From the IMG/VR virus record IMGVR_UViG_3300028569_000023, positions 1-64,000 of that record: a stretch of DNA of 64,000 bases. One strand, 5' to 3'. How positions within the stretch are numbered: position 1 is the stretch's first letter; every line of letters begins with the position of its first letter. The DNA is from a virus. Both the position numbers and the translations under genes were made by a program. Of the stretch, positions 8,285-16,644 are shown one piece after another. Under the pieces are notes generated by a model. The model had not been told where the DNA came from. It did no database searches and was given only the letters and a program-made list of their open reading frames with translations.

Positions 8285-8539
8285 ATGAATAAACTGACAG
8301 TGTATCATGAACTAGACTACGTTGAAACGTATATGGAATTTAGTCCACTTATTCGTAACTATACAAAAGATTATCTTGTTTACAAAGACTTTGTGATATG
8401 TTACGATGATCTGATAACGCTCACTGAAAAAGGACAAGCCTTTCTAATGGAATTCAGAGAAGAACAAGAAGTCTATAACATGGCTGACAACTCAGGGATC
8501 GACCATAACAATATCGAAATGGAGACAATGTATGAATGA
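8285..8539 (+). CDS. Hypothetical protein
   Basis: AGGAG RBS. Confidence 0.65.
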   Translation: MNKLTVYHELDYVETYMEFSPLIRNYTKDYLVYKDFVICYDDLITLTEKGQAFLMEFREEQEVYNMADNSGIDHNNIEMETMYE

Positions 8540-8765
8540 TAAAGAACAATTAATCGAAGATATCAAACTACTTACTAAATCAGTGGAGGATATTTGCATC
8601 AAAGCAGCGAGTCATATCGAATCGCAAGGTCAAGAACTTCCGAATGCTTATGAGTTGATGCTATATGTTATTGAAGAAGCATATGCTGGAGCTATTAAAC
8701 GAGCGAACGCTGAGTTCAATGATCAACAAACGGCAGTATTGAAGGGGACGGGAGACGTGAACTAA
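8532..8765 (+). CDS. Hypothetical protein
   Basis: Overlapping operon ORF. Confidence 0.65.
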   Translation: MNDKEQLIEDIKLLTKSVEDICIKAASHIESQGQELPNAYELMLYVIEEAYAGAIKRANAEFNDQQTAVLKGTGDVN

Positions 8766-9280
8766 TGGATCTTACTTTACTAGTAGGAGAATACTTTAAT
8801 TCGAAAAAGACATCTAGTGTTTGGAAAGTAACAGCGGTGGATAGTTTACACGATAAGATCGAATGTAAGGAACGTATTGCTCAAGTTCCCTGCGAAGTTG
8901 AATACATTAAGTTTAAAGAACGATTCGAGTCGGGAGCTTGCGAGTTTATTGACGGTCCTAGTTATACTAATTGGGGTAGTATGGTAACAAAAGGTCATAA
9001 CTCTATTTTCCAAAAAGTCGAGAGTTCATTCGGTAATGTAACCTTTAACAACGGATTGACCCCGACATTAGTAGCAAAGCCTACGAATGTTACTGGAGAA
9101 TGGACTGTAGATAATCCTTTATGGAATCACCAGTATATGATAAACGATGTAGCGACACGAATCTACGGAGAGTTTAAAAAAGAATACAAGAAACCGAACT
9201 GCGAATGTGGAGCACATGCTATTGGAGTTAAGGATTATCAAGGTGGACATGCTCATTACTGTCCAGTTCATAAAACATAA
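8765..9280 (+). CDS. Hypothetical protein with C-terminal Zn-binding-like motif
   Basis: CECG...HAHYCP at C-terminus. Confidence 0.7.
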   Translation: MDLTLLVGEYFNSKKTSSVWKVTAVDSLHDKIECKERIAQVPCEVEYIKFKERFESGACEFIDGPSYTNWGSMVTKGHNSIFQKVESSFGNVTFNNGLTPTLVAKPTNVTGEWTVDNPLWNHQYMINDVATRIYGEFKKEYKKPNCECGAHAIGVKDYQGGHAHYCPVHKT

Positions 9281-9290
9281 GGAGATATAT

Positions 9291-9941
9291 ATGTTATGGT
9301 TTACAAGCGATTTACACTGGAATCATCGCAACGTTCTTCCGTATTGCAATAGACCATATGGAAGCGTAGAAGAAATGAACGAAGCTATGCTTAAAATCTG
9401 GAACGATACAGTTAAACCCGACGATACCGTTTGGTTCTTAGGAGATCTCGACATTAACGGTAAACGTAGTCATCGTGATCTAGTTAAATCGCTCAACGGT
9501 CATAAGAAACTCATCGTCGGAAACCACGACATTGGATTTAGCCATACTCATTCGGGTAGTAGAGTATTGGATAAAACCCAACGTCAAAGAGATCAGCTAC
9601 TAGAATATGGATGGCAAGAAGTTCACCAAATTCATACCGTCACTCTTAAAAATGGACGCAACGTAATGCTTAGTCATCTTCCTTATCTAGAAGATACTTC
9701 AGAGTTTGATCTTAGATACAAAGAACTTCGACCTATCGATAAGGGAATGACGCTCATTCACGGACATTTGCACGCTCGTTATATTAAAAAGAATAGAATG
9801 ATCGATGTCGCATTCGATGGTAAACTCGGATTCTATTCCGAAGATGAAGTCATTGCACTGATCGATGACCCTAGGGATTATATTTCGAGTAGGCTTACTG
9901 ATTTCTACAACAGTTCCAATCCTAGAGTACTGGAGAAGTAA
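9291..9941 (+). CDS. Calcineurin-like metallophosphoesterase
   Basis: SDLH, LGD, GNHD, SHLP, HGHLH motifs; TAAGGAG RBS before ATG 9291. Confidence 0.9.
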   Translation: MLWFTSDLHWNHRNVLPYCNRPYGSVEEMNEAMLKIWNDTVKPDDTVWFLGDLDINGKRSHRDLVKSLNGHKKLIVGNHDIGFSHTHSGSRVLDKTQRQRDQLLEYGWQEVHQIHTVTLKNGRNVMLSHLPYLEDTSEFDLRYKELRPIDKGMTLIHGHLHARYIKKNRMIDVAFDGKLGFYSEDEVIALIDDPRDYISSRLTDFYNSSNPRVLEK

Positions 9942-10216
9942 TGGACTTTCTACAAACAAAGACTAGGGTTCAATGGACTAAACAGGGAGATCAATACATT
10001 AGTCATAAGTTCCTAGCTGGAGATAAAGTAGTGCGTTGTATCATCGATACCGTAACTAAAACGGTAGGAGTATACACCGTAGATCCTCATGTTGTATTAT
10101 GGGCGGAGATTCAACAAACAGATAATCTAATTCGAATGAAGAACAAAGCGAAGAAAGCATTAGAACTAGTAGGAGTTAAGTTCTTTCAAGAGAAACGAGT
10201 AAAGGATAAGGAGTAA
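9941..10216 (+). CDS. Hypothetical protein
   Basis: TAATG coupling, GGAG RBS. Confidence 0.7.
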   Translation: MDFLQTKTRVQWTKQGDQYISHKFLAGDKVVRCIIDTVTKTVGVYTVDPHVVLWAEIQQTDNLIRMKNKAKKALELVGVKFFQEKRVKDKE

Positions 10217-10218
10217 CA

Positions 10219-10653
10219 ATGAACAAGTATTTGATGGCAGCTATTCTAATGGGACTCGGAGCTTGCGGAGATCGCGATCAGGTTCAACTAATTCCTGGAC
10301 CTAAGGGCGAACAAGGAGAACGCGGCAGCGACGGTGAAGATGGTATTGATGGTAACGACGGTCAGGACGGCGAAGACGGAAGCGATGGTCAAGACGGAGA
10401 ACAAGGTCCTATCGGTCCACAGGGTCCACAAGGAATTCCAGGTTTGAACGGTACTACGTTCGAAATCGTACCTCTTTGTCCATCACTTAGTGGTTCTTAT
10501 CCAGAAGTTCTTTTCAGAATTAACGGTAGTCTTTACGCTATTCTAGACGGAGGTCCTCATTCTGATAGACTGGCTTATCTTCCTAATGGTACATATCAAA
10601 CAACGGACGGTAGATCGTGCGTCTTTACTGTTTCAGGAGGTAACGTACTATGA
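10219..10653 (+). CDS. Collagen-like (Gly-X-Y) lipoprotein
   Basis: Lipobox LGAC; ~17 GXY triplets; small C-terminal domain. Confidence 0.85.
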   Translation: MNKYLMAAILMGLGACGDRDQVQLIPGPKGEQGERGSDGEDGIDGNDGQDGEDGSDGQDGEQGPIGPQGPQGIPGLNGTTFEIVPLCPSLSGSYPEVLFRINGSLYAILDGGPHSDRLAYLPNGTYQTTDGRSCVFTVSGGNVL

Positions 10654-11084
10654 AACGTTTAGTATTAACCTTGGGTCTTTTAAGCGGTCTAGCGAGTGCT
10701 CAAGATCTTCCAGGTACTGAGGTTATTCCTAAGTTCATGAAAGACGGTACGATTACCGTTCAACTTAAAGACGGTAAGAAGTATATCTTTTCGACAAATG
10801 AATACAAAGTAGTACGTCGCGGATCTAAACGAGCAGAACCAGTAGAGCAAATCGTTGTTGCTCAACAGCCAGATACTACGAATCGTAATAGAGTACAGTT
10901 ACATGGTGGAGTAGGTTACAAAGGGTTCGATACTTCGGTTAACTCTTCGGATATAGTCGTTAGAGAGAAACGAGTACCAGTCTTCGGAGTGTCGTACTTT
11001 AGACTTCTCGATAACGATGCGAGTATCGGAGCGAGTATCTTTACGAACGGTGTTATTACGCTAGGAGTAGGCAAGGATTTCTAG
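10650..11084 (+). CDS. Secreted / putative outer-membrane beta-rich protein
   Basis: Sec signal peptide (ASA-Q), amphipathic beta strands, C-terminal Phe (LGVGKDF). Confidence 0.65.
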   Translation: MKRLVLTLGLLSGLASAQDLPGTEVIPKFMKDGTITVQLKDGKKYIFSTNEYKVVRRGSKRAEPVEQIVVAQQPDTTNRNRVQLHGGVGYKGFDTSVNSSDIVVREKRVPVFGVSYFRLLDNDASIGASIFTNGVITLGVGKDF

Positions 11085-11132
11085 AGAATCTTGATACCCT
11101 GTAGTTTCTATCTGTATTTCCAGATCGGGCGG
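11078..11132 (+). repeat. Intergenic element copy 4
   Basis: TTTCTAGAGAATCTTGATACCCTGTAGTTTCTATC...TCGGGCGG. Confidence 0.8.
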
Positions 11133-11165
11133 CTAACTGAAAAAGTTAGTCGCTCTTTTCATTTC
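11127..11165 (+). terminator. Rho-independent terminator ending the first early block
   Basis: GGGCGGCTAACT-GAAAA-AGTTAGTCGCTC followed by TTTTCATTT. Confidence 0.75.
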
Positions 11166-11350
11166 TAAACGAACCAATTGACGTAATTTTGTATAAGAAT
11201 GGTCCTATGACCTCGCAATGATCTTAACGAACGAATTACTATTAACAGTCCTAATGAAATTAAATACACCTATTCATTATCTGAGGGGCTATCTTATTGT
11301 GTCTTTGAATTAATTTTAACGTTTGAAATTAAGAGATCGTTCTCTAAACT

Positions 11351-11378
11351 ATTATACCAGAAGTTCTAAACCCGTCAA
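11351..11378 (-). promoter_or_regulatory. Leftward sigma70-like promoter
   Basis: TTGACG-N16-TATAAT with extended TG, minus strand. Confidence 0.55.
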
Positions 11379-11411
11379 GTATTAAATGATACTCAATACA
11401 AGATTAACCCA

Positions 11412-11440
11412 TTGACAGAAATAACGAATTACTATATGAT
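11412..11440 (+). promoter_or_regulatory. Sigma70 promoter
   Basis: TTGACA-N17-TATGAT. Confidence 0.75.
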
Positions 11441-11461
11441 TAGAAGAAAGGTAGGTAACTA

Positions 11462-11716
11462 ATGGAATATTCAGAACTTGTTACACTTCACGACGGTAGG
11501 CAATTAGATGTTATCGTTGAAGTTACTACTCCAGATCCGAAAGAGTACGACTTCCAAGAATCAACAGTAACTGGATGGTTCATTGATACGCTTGAACCTA
11601 TCGAGGATTCGGAAGTAGAAGCACTAATCGGTTCTAAACGCTTAGATGCTATCGTAGAAAGCGCTATTGAGAGATACTGGTATATGGGAGGAGTTTCGAA
11701 TGAGTACGCAGATTGA
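11462..11716 (+). CDS. Hypothetical protein
   Basis: Downstream of promoter; AGGT RBS. Confidence 0.7.
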   Translation: MEYSELVTLHDGRQLDVIVEVTTPDPKEYDFQESTVTGWFIDTLEPIEDSEVEALIGSKRLDAIVESAIERYWYMGGVSNEYAD

Positions 11717-11960
11717 ATACTCGGTCATTATGGACGATCTAATGACGAATAAGGACTATTACAAATCGTGGCTTAATGCTCTTAAAGAAGACAAGTACGC
11801 AGGGGTTGAAGATCTTTTCGACTTCAACGTTAAGGATAAAAAGAAACAGGCAGTAACTTTTAGCCTTGCTTCTATTTTCACGGTTAAGTATAATTACAAT
11901 ATCGAGGAGCTTGTTATTATGTTGGAACAAATCGACTGGCAGAGGTATTTGGAATCATGA
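11700..11960 (+). CDS. Hypothetical protein
   Basis: GGAGGAG RBS; start revised to MSTQIEY. Confidence 0.65.
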   Translation: MSTQIEYSVIMDDLMTNKDYYKSWLNALKEDKYAGVEDLFDFNVKDKKKQAVTFSLASIFTVKYNYNIEELVIMLEQIDWQRYLES

Positions 11961-12145
11961 ACAGAAATACAGATAAACCTACCGTTCATAGCGCAGTAGC
12001 TATCGACTATGAAGGAAATTTAATTGTGATTAGCTTAGTAGATCAGTCATCTTCTTTGTATTTTTTAGAAACAGAAAAATACGGTAAAGGTCATTACTAC
12101 TGGTTTAATGAAATAGAGGTAGCTGAAGTTTTAGGTGAACTATGA
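11957..12145 (+). CDS. Hypothetical protein
   Basis: ATGA coupling. Confidence 0.6.
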   Translation: MNRNTDKPTVHSAVAIDYEGNLIVISLVDQSSSLYFLETEKYGKGHYYWFNEIEVAEVLGEL

Positions 12146-12378
12146 TAAACAATGTAGAACAAAAGGTAGGAATTACTCCTAATGGATCGTTAGTTATTCT
12201 GACACCTTTATATGCTAAATACTTCCCAAATACAGACATTTACGACTTTAAAACAATGACTATTACAATTATCGATCAAGATCCTGTTCTTTACCTTTTA
12301 GAATATGAAGATTCTGGTATTATTGAAACCCTAAATCCTACTATTCTAGACGAACTTATTATGGTCGGTGATCTATGA
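12142..12378 (+). CDS. Hypothetical protein
   Basis: ATGA coupling. Confidence 0.6.
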   Translation: MINNVEQKVGITPNGSLVILTPLYAKYFPNTDIYDFKTMTITIIDQDPVLYLLEYEDSGIIETLNPTILDELIMVGDL

Positions 12379-12475
12379 GCTATTGCTGTCCAAAATGTAA
12401 ATCGACCGTTACGTATACTCATAAGCAACTCGTTAAGTGTTTCGAATGCTTGACGGTTATTGAGGTACTATTCTA

Positions 12476-12688
12476 ATGTACGGATTGTATTTCAGTTTAC
12501 TAGCGTCGTGTTTAACTCCAAATGTTGTTAACGAGAGTAAAGAACAGTTCGGTACTCAGCACGATAAGGAAGCACTAAGACGTGCTAAAATGACGTGTAA
12601 TAGCAGATACTATGGATGCTTAAAGACGTTCACTAAAAAGGAACCTCAGCGGTTCTGGGCTATTTGTTCGAAGGAGTATAAGAAATGA
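12476..12688 (+). CDS. Small Cys-containing putative lipoprotein
   Basis: Hydrophobic N-terminus with LASC; further Cys residues. Confidence 0.6.
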   Translation: MYGLYFSLLASCLTPNVVNESKEQFGTQHDKEALRRAKMTCNSRYYGCLKTFTKKEPQRFWAICSKEYKK

Positions 12689-12879
12689 CTATTGATGAAC
12701 CCAACGAATGTCCCTTGGATGAAGATACTGAGGACTATTTTACAGACGTTGATTTTGAAAAGCGAGCATTAGAGCATGGTATACCGTTGAGCGTGATTCG
12801 CGGTGAAACTAAGCTATCTGATCACTTCTCTAAGGAGTATATAAATTGGAAGCGTAACCTAGACGAGGATGAAAAATGA
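12685..12879 (+). CDS. Hypothetical acidic protein
   Basis: AAGGAG RBS, ATGA coupling. Confidence 0.65.
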   Translation: MTIDEPNECPLDEDTEDYFTDVDFEKRALEHGIPLSVIRGETKLSDHFSKEYINWKRNLDEDEK

Positions 12880-13160
12880 ATCAAGATATTCTAGAAAAGC
12901 TCGCGGAAGAATTAACAGATAGGCGTTTCGTTCGAGACGATGATCGATACGATGATGAATACTTTTCTTACAAAAAAGGAGTAAAAGCTGGTATTATCGA
13001 GATGTTATCGATGTTCTCTCCGGTTTTAAACGAAGCACGTTCGCAATGTCAAAGACCTCAGAAGCCCGATAAACTTAAACGTGAGATTTACCTAATCGAA
13101 CATAACCTCGGAATGGATTATACTTTTCCAAAAGAATGCTTGAAATCTACAGAAGAATAG
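12876..13160 (+). CDS. Hypothetical protein
   Basis: GAGG RBS, ATGA coupling. Confidence 0.65.
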   Translation: MNQDILEKLAEELTDRRFVRDDDRYDDEYFSYKKGVKAGIIEMLSMFSPVLNEARSQCQRPQKPDKLKREIYLIEHNLGMDYTFPKECLKSTEE

Positions 13161-13168
13161 GATATAAT
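13140..13168 (+). promoter_or_regulatory. Sigma70 promoter, leaderless type
   Basis: TTGAAA-N17-TATAAT; ATG 6 nt downstream. Confidence 0.7.
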
Positions 13169-13174
13169 AATCGT

Positions 13175-13375
13175 ATGAAAAAAGCACTCGTCATTGAAGT
13201 AGAAGCAAAGAACTCCGAAGTAACGGCTTTAACTCTCCGTTCGATTGGGACCGATAACGTTCTAATCAAACCGGAAGGACCTGGAGCTTCAGTTTCTATC
13301 ACAGAGCTGAAAGCCGCGCTGAATTCTATGGAAGAGTGGCAAGAATCGGAAGACGTTAAAGAAACTGCATACTAA
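13175..13375 (+). CDS. Hypothetical protein (leaderless)
   Basis: Start revised to MKKALV at 13175. Confidence 0.65.
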   Translation: MKKALVIEVEAKNSEVTALTLRSIGTDNVLIKPEGPGASVSITELKAALNSMEEWQESEDVKETAY

Positions 13376-13584
13376 TGGAAAAAGATATTTTCCTAGTGAA
13401 AAGAGATGGGTTTTTCTTAAACCTTATTGTTCATAGAGCTTGGAAAACATTTGGATTTTCATTTTCAGTTCGCTGGGGTAAAAATGACTTTGTATACAGA
13501 AAGATTCTAGAGTTCCGAAGTCGTATTTTGTTCTGGGAATTTCTATTAATTTATTGTTGGCAACCATTTAGGAGAATCAAATGA
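13375..13584 (+). CDS. Hypothetical protein
   Basis: TAATG coupling. Confidence 0.5.
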   Translation: MEKDIFLVKRDGFFLNLIVHRAWKTFGFSFSVRWGKNDFVYRKILEFRSRILFWEFLLIYCWQPFRRIK

Positions 13585-13976
13585 CCCCTAGCGTGAAGAG
13601 CATTGAAATCGCTAAAGCCATACTCGCTGACGAGTTCACTTCGAAAAAGCTATATTATAGAATAGCGTTAGCTCTCGATGCGGCCCGAGTTCCTAAGGTG
13701 GACAAGAGCGATGAGGAAAGAGCAATGGAAGTCTTAAAAGAGATGACCGATAAATGTCATACTGTCCCCTATCCTAGATCTGAAACTGATCTGTTTACCG
13801 TTCAAGTGAACGTGTTAGCTCAATCCTTTGCGGAGATCCGCGCCGAGTCCCAGCCCGAACTTCTAAGCGAGAGCGAGCTTCATAAGGCTGCTATAGAGTG
13901 CGACCCTTTCGCAAATGTTAGCTCTTACGACGCATTCAAAGCCGGGTATAGACTGGTAGTAGGAAAGATCAAATGA
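13581..13976 (+). CDS. Hypothetical protein
   Basis: AGGAG RBS. Confidence 0.7.
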   Translation: MTPSVKSIEIAKAILADEFTSKKLYYRIALALDAARVPKVDKSDEERAMEVLKEMTDKCHTVPYPRSETDLFTVQVNVLAQSFAEIRAESQPELLSESELHKAAIECDPFANVSSYDAFKAGYRLVVGKIK

Positions 13977-14236
13977 CCATTCAAAAAATCCGCGAGCATA
14001 TCGATTTAATCTGTTCGTTTGAAATAGAAGATTACGTTGAAGATGAGTTGCGAAACATTTTAGACCTTCTATATCAACTGGAAGCAAGACAAAGACGTTC
14101 TGACAAGCTAGTGGAAGCGTTGAAAGAAATAGCGGAAATTACAACAGATAGAGGATTCGAGATGGGTCTAGATCGAATGATTGCTAAAGGTGCGTTAGCC
14201 GAATGGGAAGATGGTAATGGGAAAGACATTGACTAA
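13973..14236 (+). CDS. Hypothetical protein
   Basis: ATGA-type overlap. Confidence 0.65.
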   Translation: MTIQKIREHIDLICSFEIEDYVEDELRNILDLLYQLEARQRRSDKLVEALKEIAEITTDRGFEMGLDRMIAKGALAEWEDGNGKDID

Positions 14237-14439
14237 GAAACAGATCAACGCTATCGTAAAAGAAGCTAAAGAACTATCGAAACTACCAGAGAATGAACTA
14301 TTTGAATTACTAGGTAAAGCGGTTGTTAAAGAACGAACTAAGAAAAGGAAACGTAAATGATCGTATTTAAATGCTGGAAAGAAAAGTCAGGCGTTAAGTT
14401 TATAATTACCGTTAAAGAAGAACGGAAGAAGTATCTGGT

Positions 14440-14679
14440 ATGACCCCTAAATCCTTAGACGCTAAAGCTATTCGTTATATCCAAGATCAAGAGTTTGTAC
14501 AACCGGGTAGCAGAATCACGTTGGACTTCGAAGAAGGAGTACAGACGTTTAAAGCAGGATACGAACAGGCTATTGAAGACGTAATTAAACACATCGAAGA
14601 CGAGTGGTACTATAATGGTATTCCGGATAGTGACGATGTTGCAGAATTCGTTAGAGCTAATTTTAAGGTTAGTAAATGA
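14440..14679 (+). CDS. Hypothetical protein
   Basis: ORF in operon. Confidence 0.6.
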   Translation: MTPKSLDAKAIRYIQDQEFVQPGSRITLDFEEGVQTFKAGYEQAIEDVIKHIEDEWYYNGIPDSDDVAEFVRANFKVSK

Positions 14680-14972
14680 AATACATTCTGTACGTAGGAT
14701 CTCCCGATAATTTCGGTAGATATTTCGCATCGTTGAAAGTTCAGGAGTTCAAGATTAACGTTTCCGATCATAAGTTTATATCCAAAGACTTCACTGTTTT
14801 CAGGAGAGGAATTCAAGACCCTGAAATGCTTAGAGGATATAACGTGGACGAAGTAGTTATTAATAGCTTCGAATATAACGCATTGTCAATAGAAAAACAG
14901 AAAGAACTAGAGCGAGTTATTAGACCGCTTGTTGCATTTAGTAGTGGAAAAGTTCTTTACTTAGATCCTTAG
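14676..14972 (+). CDS. Hypothetical protein
   Basis: ATGA coupling. Confidence 0.6.
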   Translation: MKYILYVGSPDNFGRYFASLKVQEFKINVSDHKFISKDFTVFRRGIQDPEMLRGYNVDEVVINSFEYNALSIEKQKELERVIRPLVAFSSGKVLYLDP

Positions 14973-14984
14973 TTCTGATATAAT
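14956..14984 (+). promoter_or_regulatory. Sigma70 promoter for the RNA locus
   Basis: TTTACT-N17-TATAAT with extended TG. Confidence 0.65.
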
Positions 14985-14990
14985 AAATTA

Positions 14991-15080
14991 ACAGAGCCCG
15001 ATAACTTCGGGGAAGAAACACCAATATCGGAGATTAGGGTCCTAGGCCTGAAAGTCGGTTGTAAGAACGATTGCTCCCTC
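14991..15080 (+). ncRNA. Four-way-junction structured RNA (unknown)
   Basis: GAGC/GCTC closes three hairpins: CCGATA/TATCGG, TTAGG/CCTGA, AGTCG/CGATT. Confidence 0.45.
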
Positions 15081-15087
15081 TAAGAAT

Positions 15088-15190
15088 AGACGGTTGACTG
15101 AGTGGTTTAAGGTTGACCCAGATAAACGGGATGTCCGGTTCTGAGGACTGCATGGATGTTCCGCCATACGTTCGAATCGTATACCGTCTA
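15088..15190 (+). tRNA. Atypical class II tRNA-like RNA (anticodon undetermined, possibly UGA/Ser)
   Basis: Acceptor AGACGGT/ACCGTCT, D-arm ACTGAGTGGTTTAAGGT, T-arm ATACG-TTCGAAT-CGTAT; oversized non-canonical centre; no encoded CCA. Confidence 0.7.
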
Positions 15191-15244
15191 GTTTCTTTTA
15201 AATAATCACTTGCTAAATCTAAAGAAGTGTTGTATAATAAGATT

Positions 15245-15622
15245 ATGAACATGGATAGAGCTAAAGAACTAGCGAGAAAGACATCGCTACTATCCGATCA
15301 TAAAAGCCATAAAATGGCGGCGGTTATTGTCAAAGGAAAATCAGTACTTGCGGCACGTCCGAATTGGCAGTTCAAGACTCATCCTGAATATCATCGCATC
15401 GACCAACTCAAAACTTTACATGCGGAATCTTCTGCAATTTTGTCATGCCGACATAAGAACGATCTCAGAGGTTCTACCATTGTCGTATTCAGATCTACCA
15501 AGGACGGTAGACTGGCAATGTCGAAGCCTTGCGAAGCTTGCACTAAGCTTATGAAGATATATGGTATTAAGAAAGTCGTTTATACGAATGGGAATGAATG
15601 GCACGAGGAGAAAGTGGTATGA
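15245..15622 (+). CDS. Cytidine/dCMP deaminase-family Zn protein (leaderless)
   Basis: HAE and SKPCEAC motifs; promoter TTGCTA-N17-TATAAT at 15210-15238. Confidence 0.85.
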   Translation: MNMDRAKELARKTSLLSDHKSHKMAAVIVKGKSVLAARPNWQFKTHPEYHRIDQLKTLHAESSAILSCRHKNDLRGSTIVVFRSTKDGRLAMSKPCEACTKLMKIYGIKKVVYTNGNEWHEEKVV

Positions 15623-15789
15623 GTAATAAATCTATTTTACTAGACATTAGTTCGTTGTTTTCAGGAATGATGATCGGTACTGCAATTGGGAATATGCTAT
15701 TTCATGGAATTTCACATAAAGGTTTAGTAATAATTGTATTAAGTTTTTTCGTATTAATGCTTAATATTAGGATAAGGCGAATACTATGA
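15619..15789 (+). CDS. Small membrane protein
   Basis: Two hydrophobic helices; ATGA coupling. Confidence 0.55.
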   Translation: MSNKSILLDISSLFSGMMIGTAIGNMLFHGISHKGLVIIVLSFFVLMLNIRIRRIL

Positions 15790-16025
15790 AGAAAAAGTTT
15801 AAGACTAAATATACTTCTCCGTATTCGACCGAAAAAGAAACTGCTACTTTTTTACTAAACTCATTTACAATGGACGGTATAGAATATCTAGAATTCGATT
15901 CCTTCGATGATCGATTGAGAGGGTACGATGGGATGTTCCCTATTAAAAACGCTAAACAATTAGAAGATATCGGTAACTATTTTCTTAAACTGGCTACGAA
16001 ATACAAGAACTACGAGGTGAAATAA
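15786..16025 (+). CDS. Hypothetical protein
   Basis: ATGA coupling. Confidence 0.6.
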   Translation: MKKKFKTKYTSPYSTEKETATFLLNSFTMDGIEYLEFDSFDDRLRGYDGMFPIKNAKQLEDIGNYFLKLATKYKNYEVK

Positions 16026-16285
16026 TGCTATATAACGTTTTTAAACATCCAACATACGGACTTGCTAAATTCTACGAGCGCGTGGAAGAACTCAAAAAGA
16101 AGAAGAAACCACGAGGTAGTAAAAAGTCTCGTGAAGAACGTGCTGCTAAGAAACGAGCTACTCGAAAACAGAATCATCTAGAGGCTATTCGTTCCGGAGA
16201 AGCGGAAGCTATTCGAGTATTGAATTCAACTACTGAAGAAACTCAGAAGAAAAACGTACATCCTCGTCATAAAAGAGAGGCATAA
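16025..16285 (+). CDS. Basic hypothetical protein
   Basis: GAGGT RBS; K/R-rich. Confidence 0.6.
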   Translation: MLYNVFKHPTYGLAKFYERVEELKKKKKPRGSKKSREERAAKKRATRKQNHLEAIRSGEAEAIRVLNSTTEETQKKNVHPRHKREA

Positions 16286-16485
16286 TGGGAACCGCTCAAG
16301 AAGTTCTTAAAGTACAAATAGAATCTTTACAAAGACGAATTTCTTATAATGATGCGCAATTAAAAACGCTCACAGCTGAAGTACTAATTGTCAAACAAGG
16401 TTCTATGAAACTTCAGAATGAAATTGATGAACTCCAAAAAGCTATTAAAGTATTAGATAGCAATAAGACTACACGTAAACGATGA
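16285..16485 (+). CDS. Coiled-coil hypothetical protein
   Basis: GAGG RBS; heptad pattern. Confidence 0.6.
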   Translation: MGTAQEVLKVQIESLQRRISYNDAQLKTLTAEVLIVKQGSMKLQNEIDELQKAIKVLDSNKTTRKR

Positions 16486-16644
16486 AAACACTGATTCTAT
16501 TATTATCGCTTATTTTTGTATTTCTTTTAATATACAAGTTAGAATGGGAATGCTTCATCCGTAAAGATGTGGTAGTCTGGGGAGAAAATGGCGTTAAAGT
16601 AGTTACGCCTGTAAATGTTTATGATTGTGGAGGTTGAATAAACA

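Noticed and set aside
15191-15240. tRNA-associated HDV-like (theta) ribozyme
   Set aside because: The sequence after the tRNA-like gene is a short T-rich tract followed by a promoter, with no nested pseudoknot.
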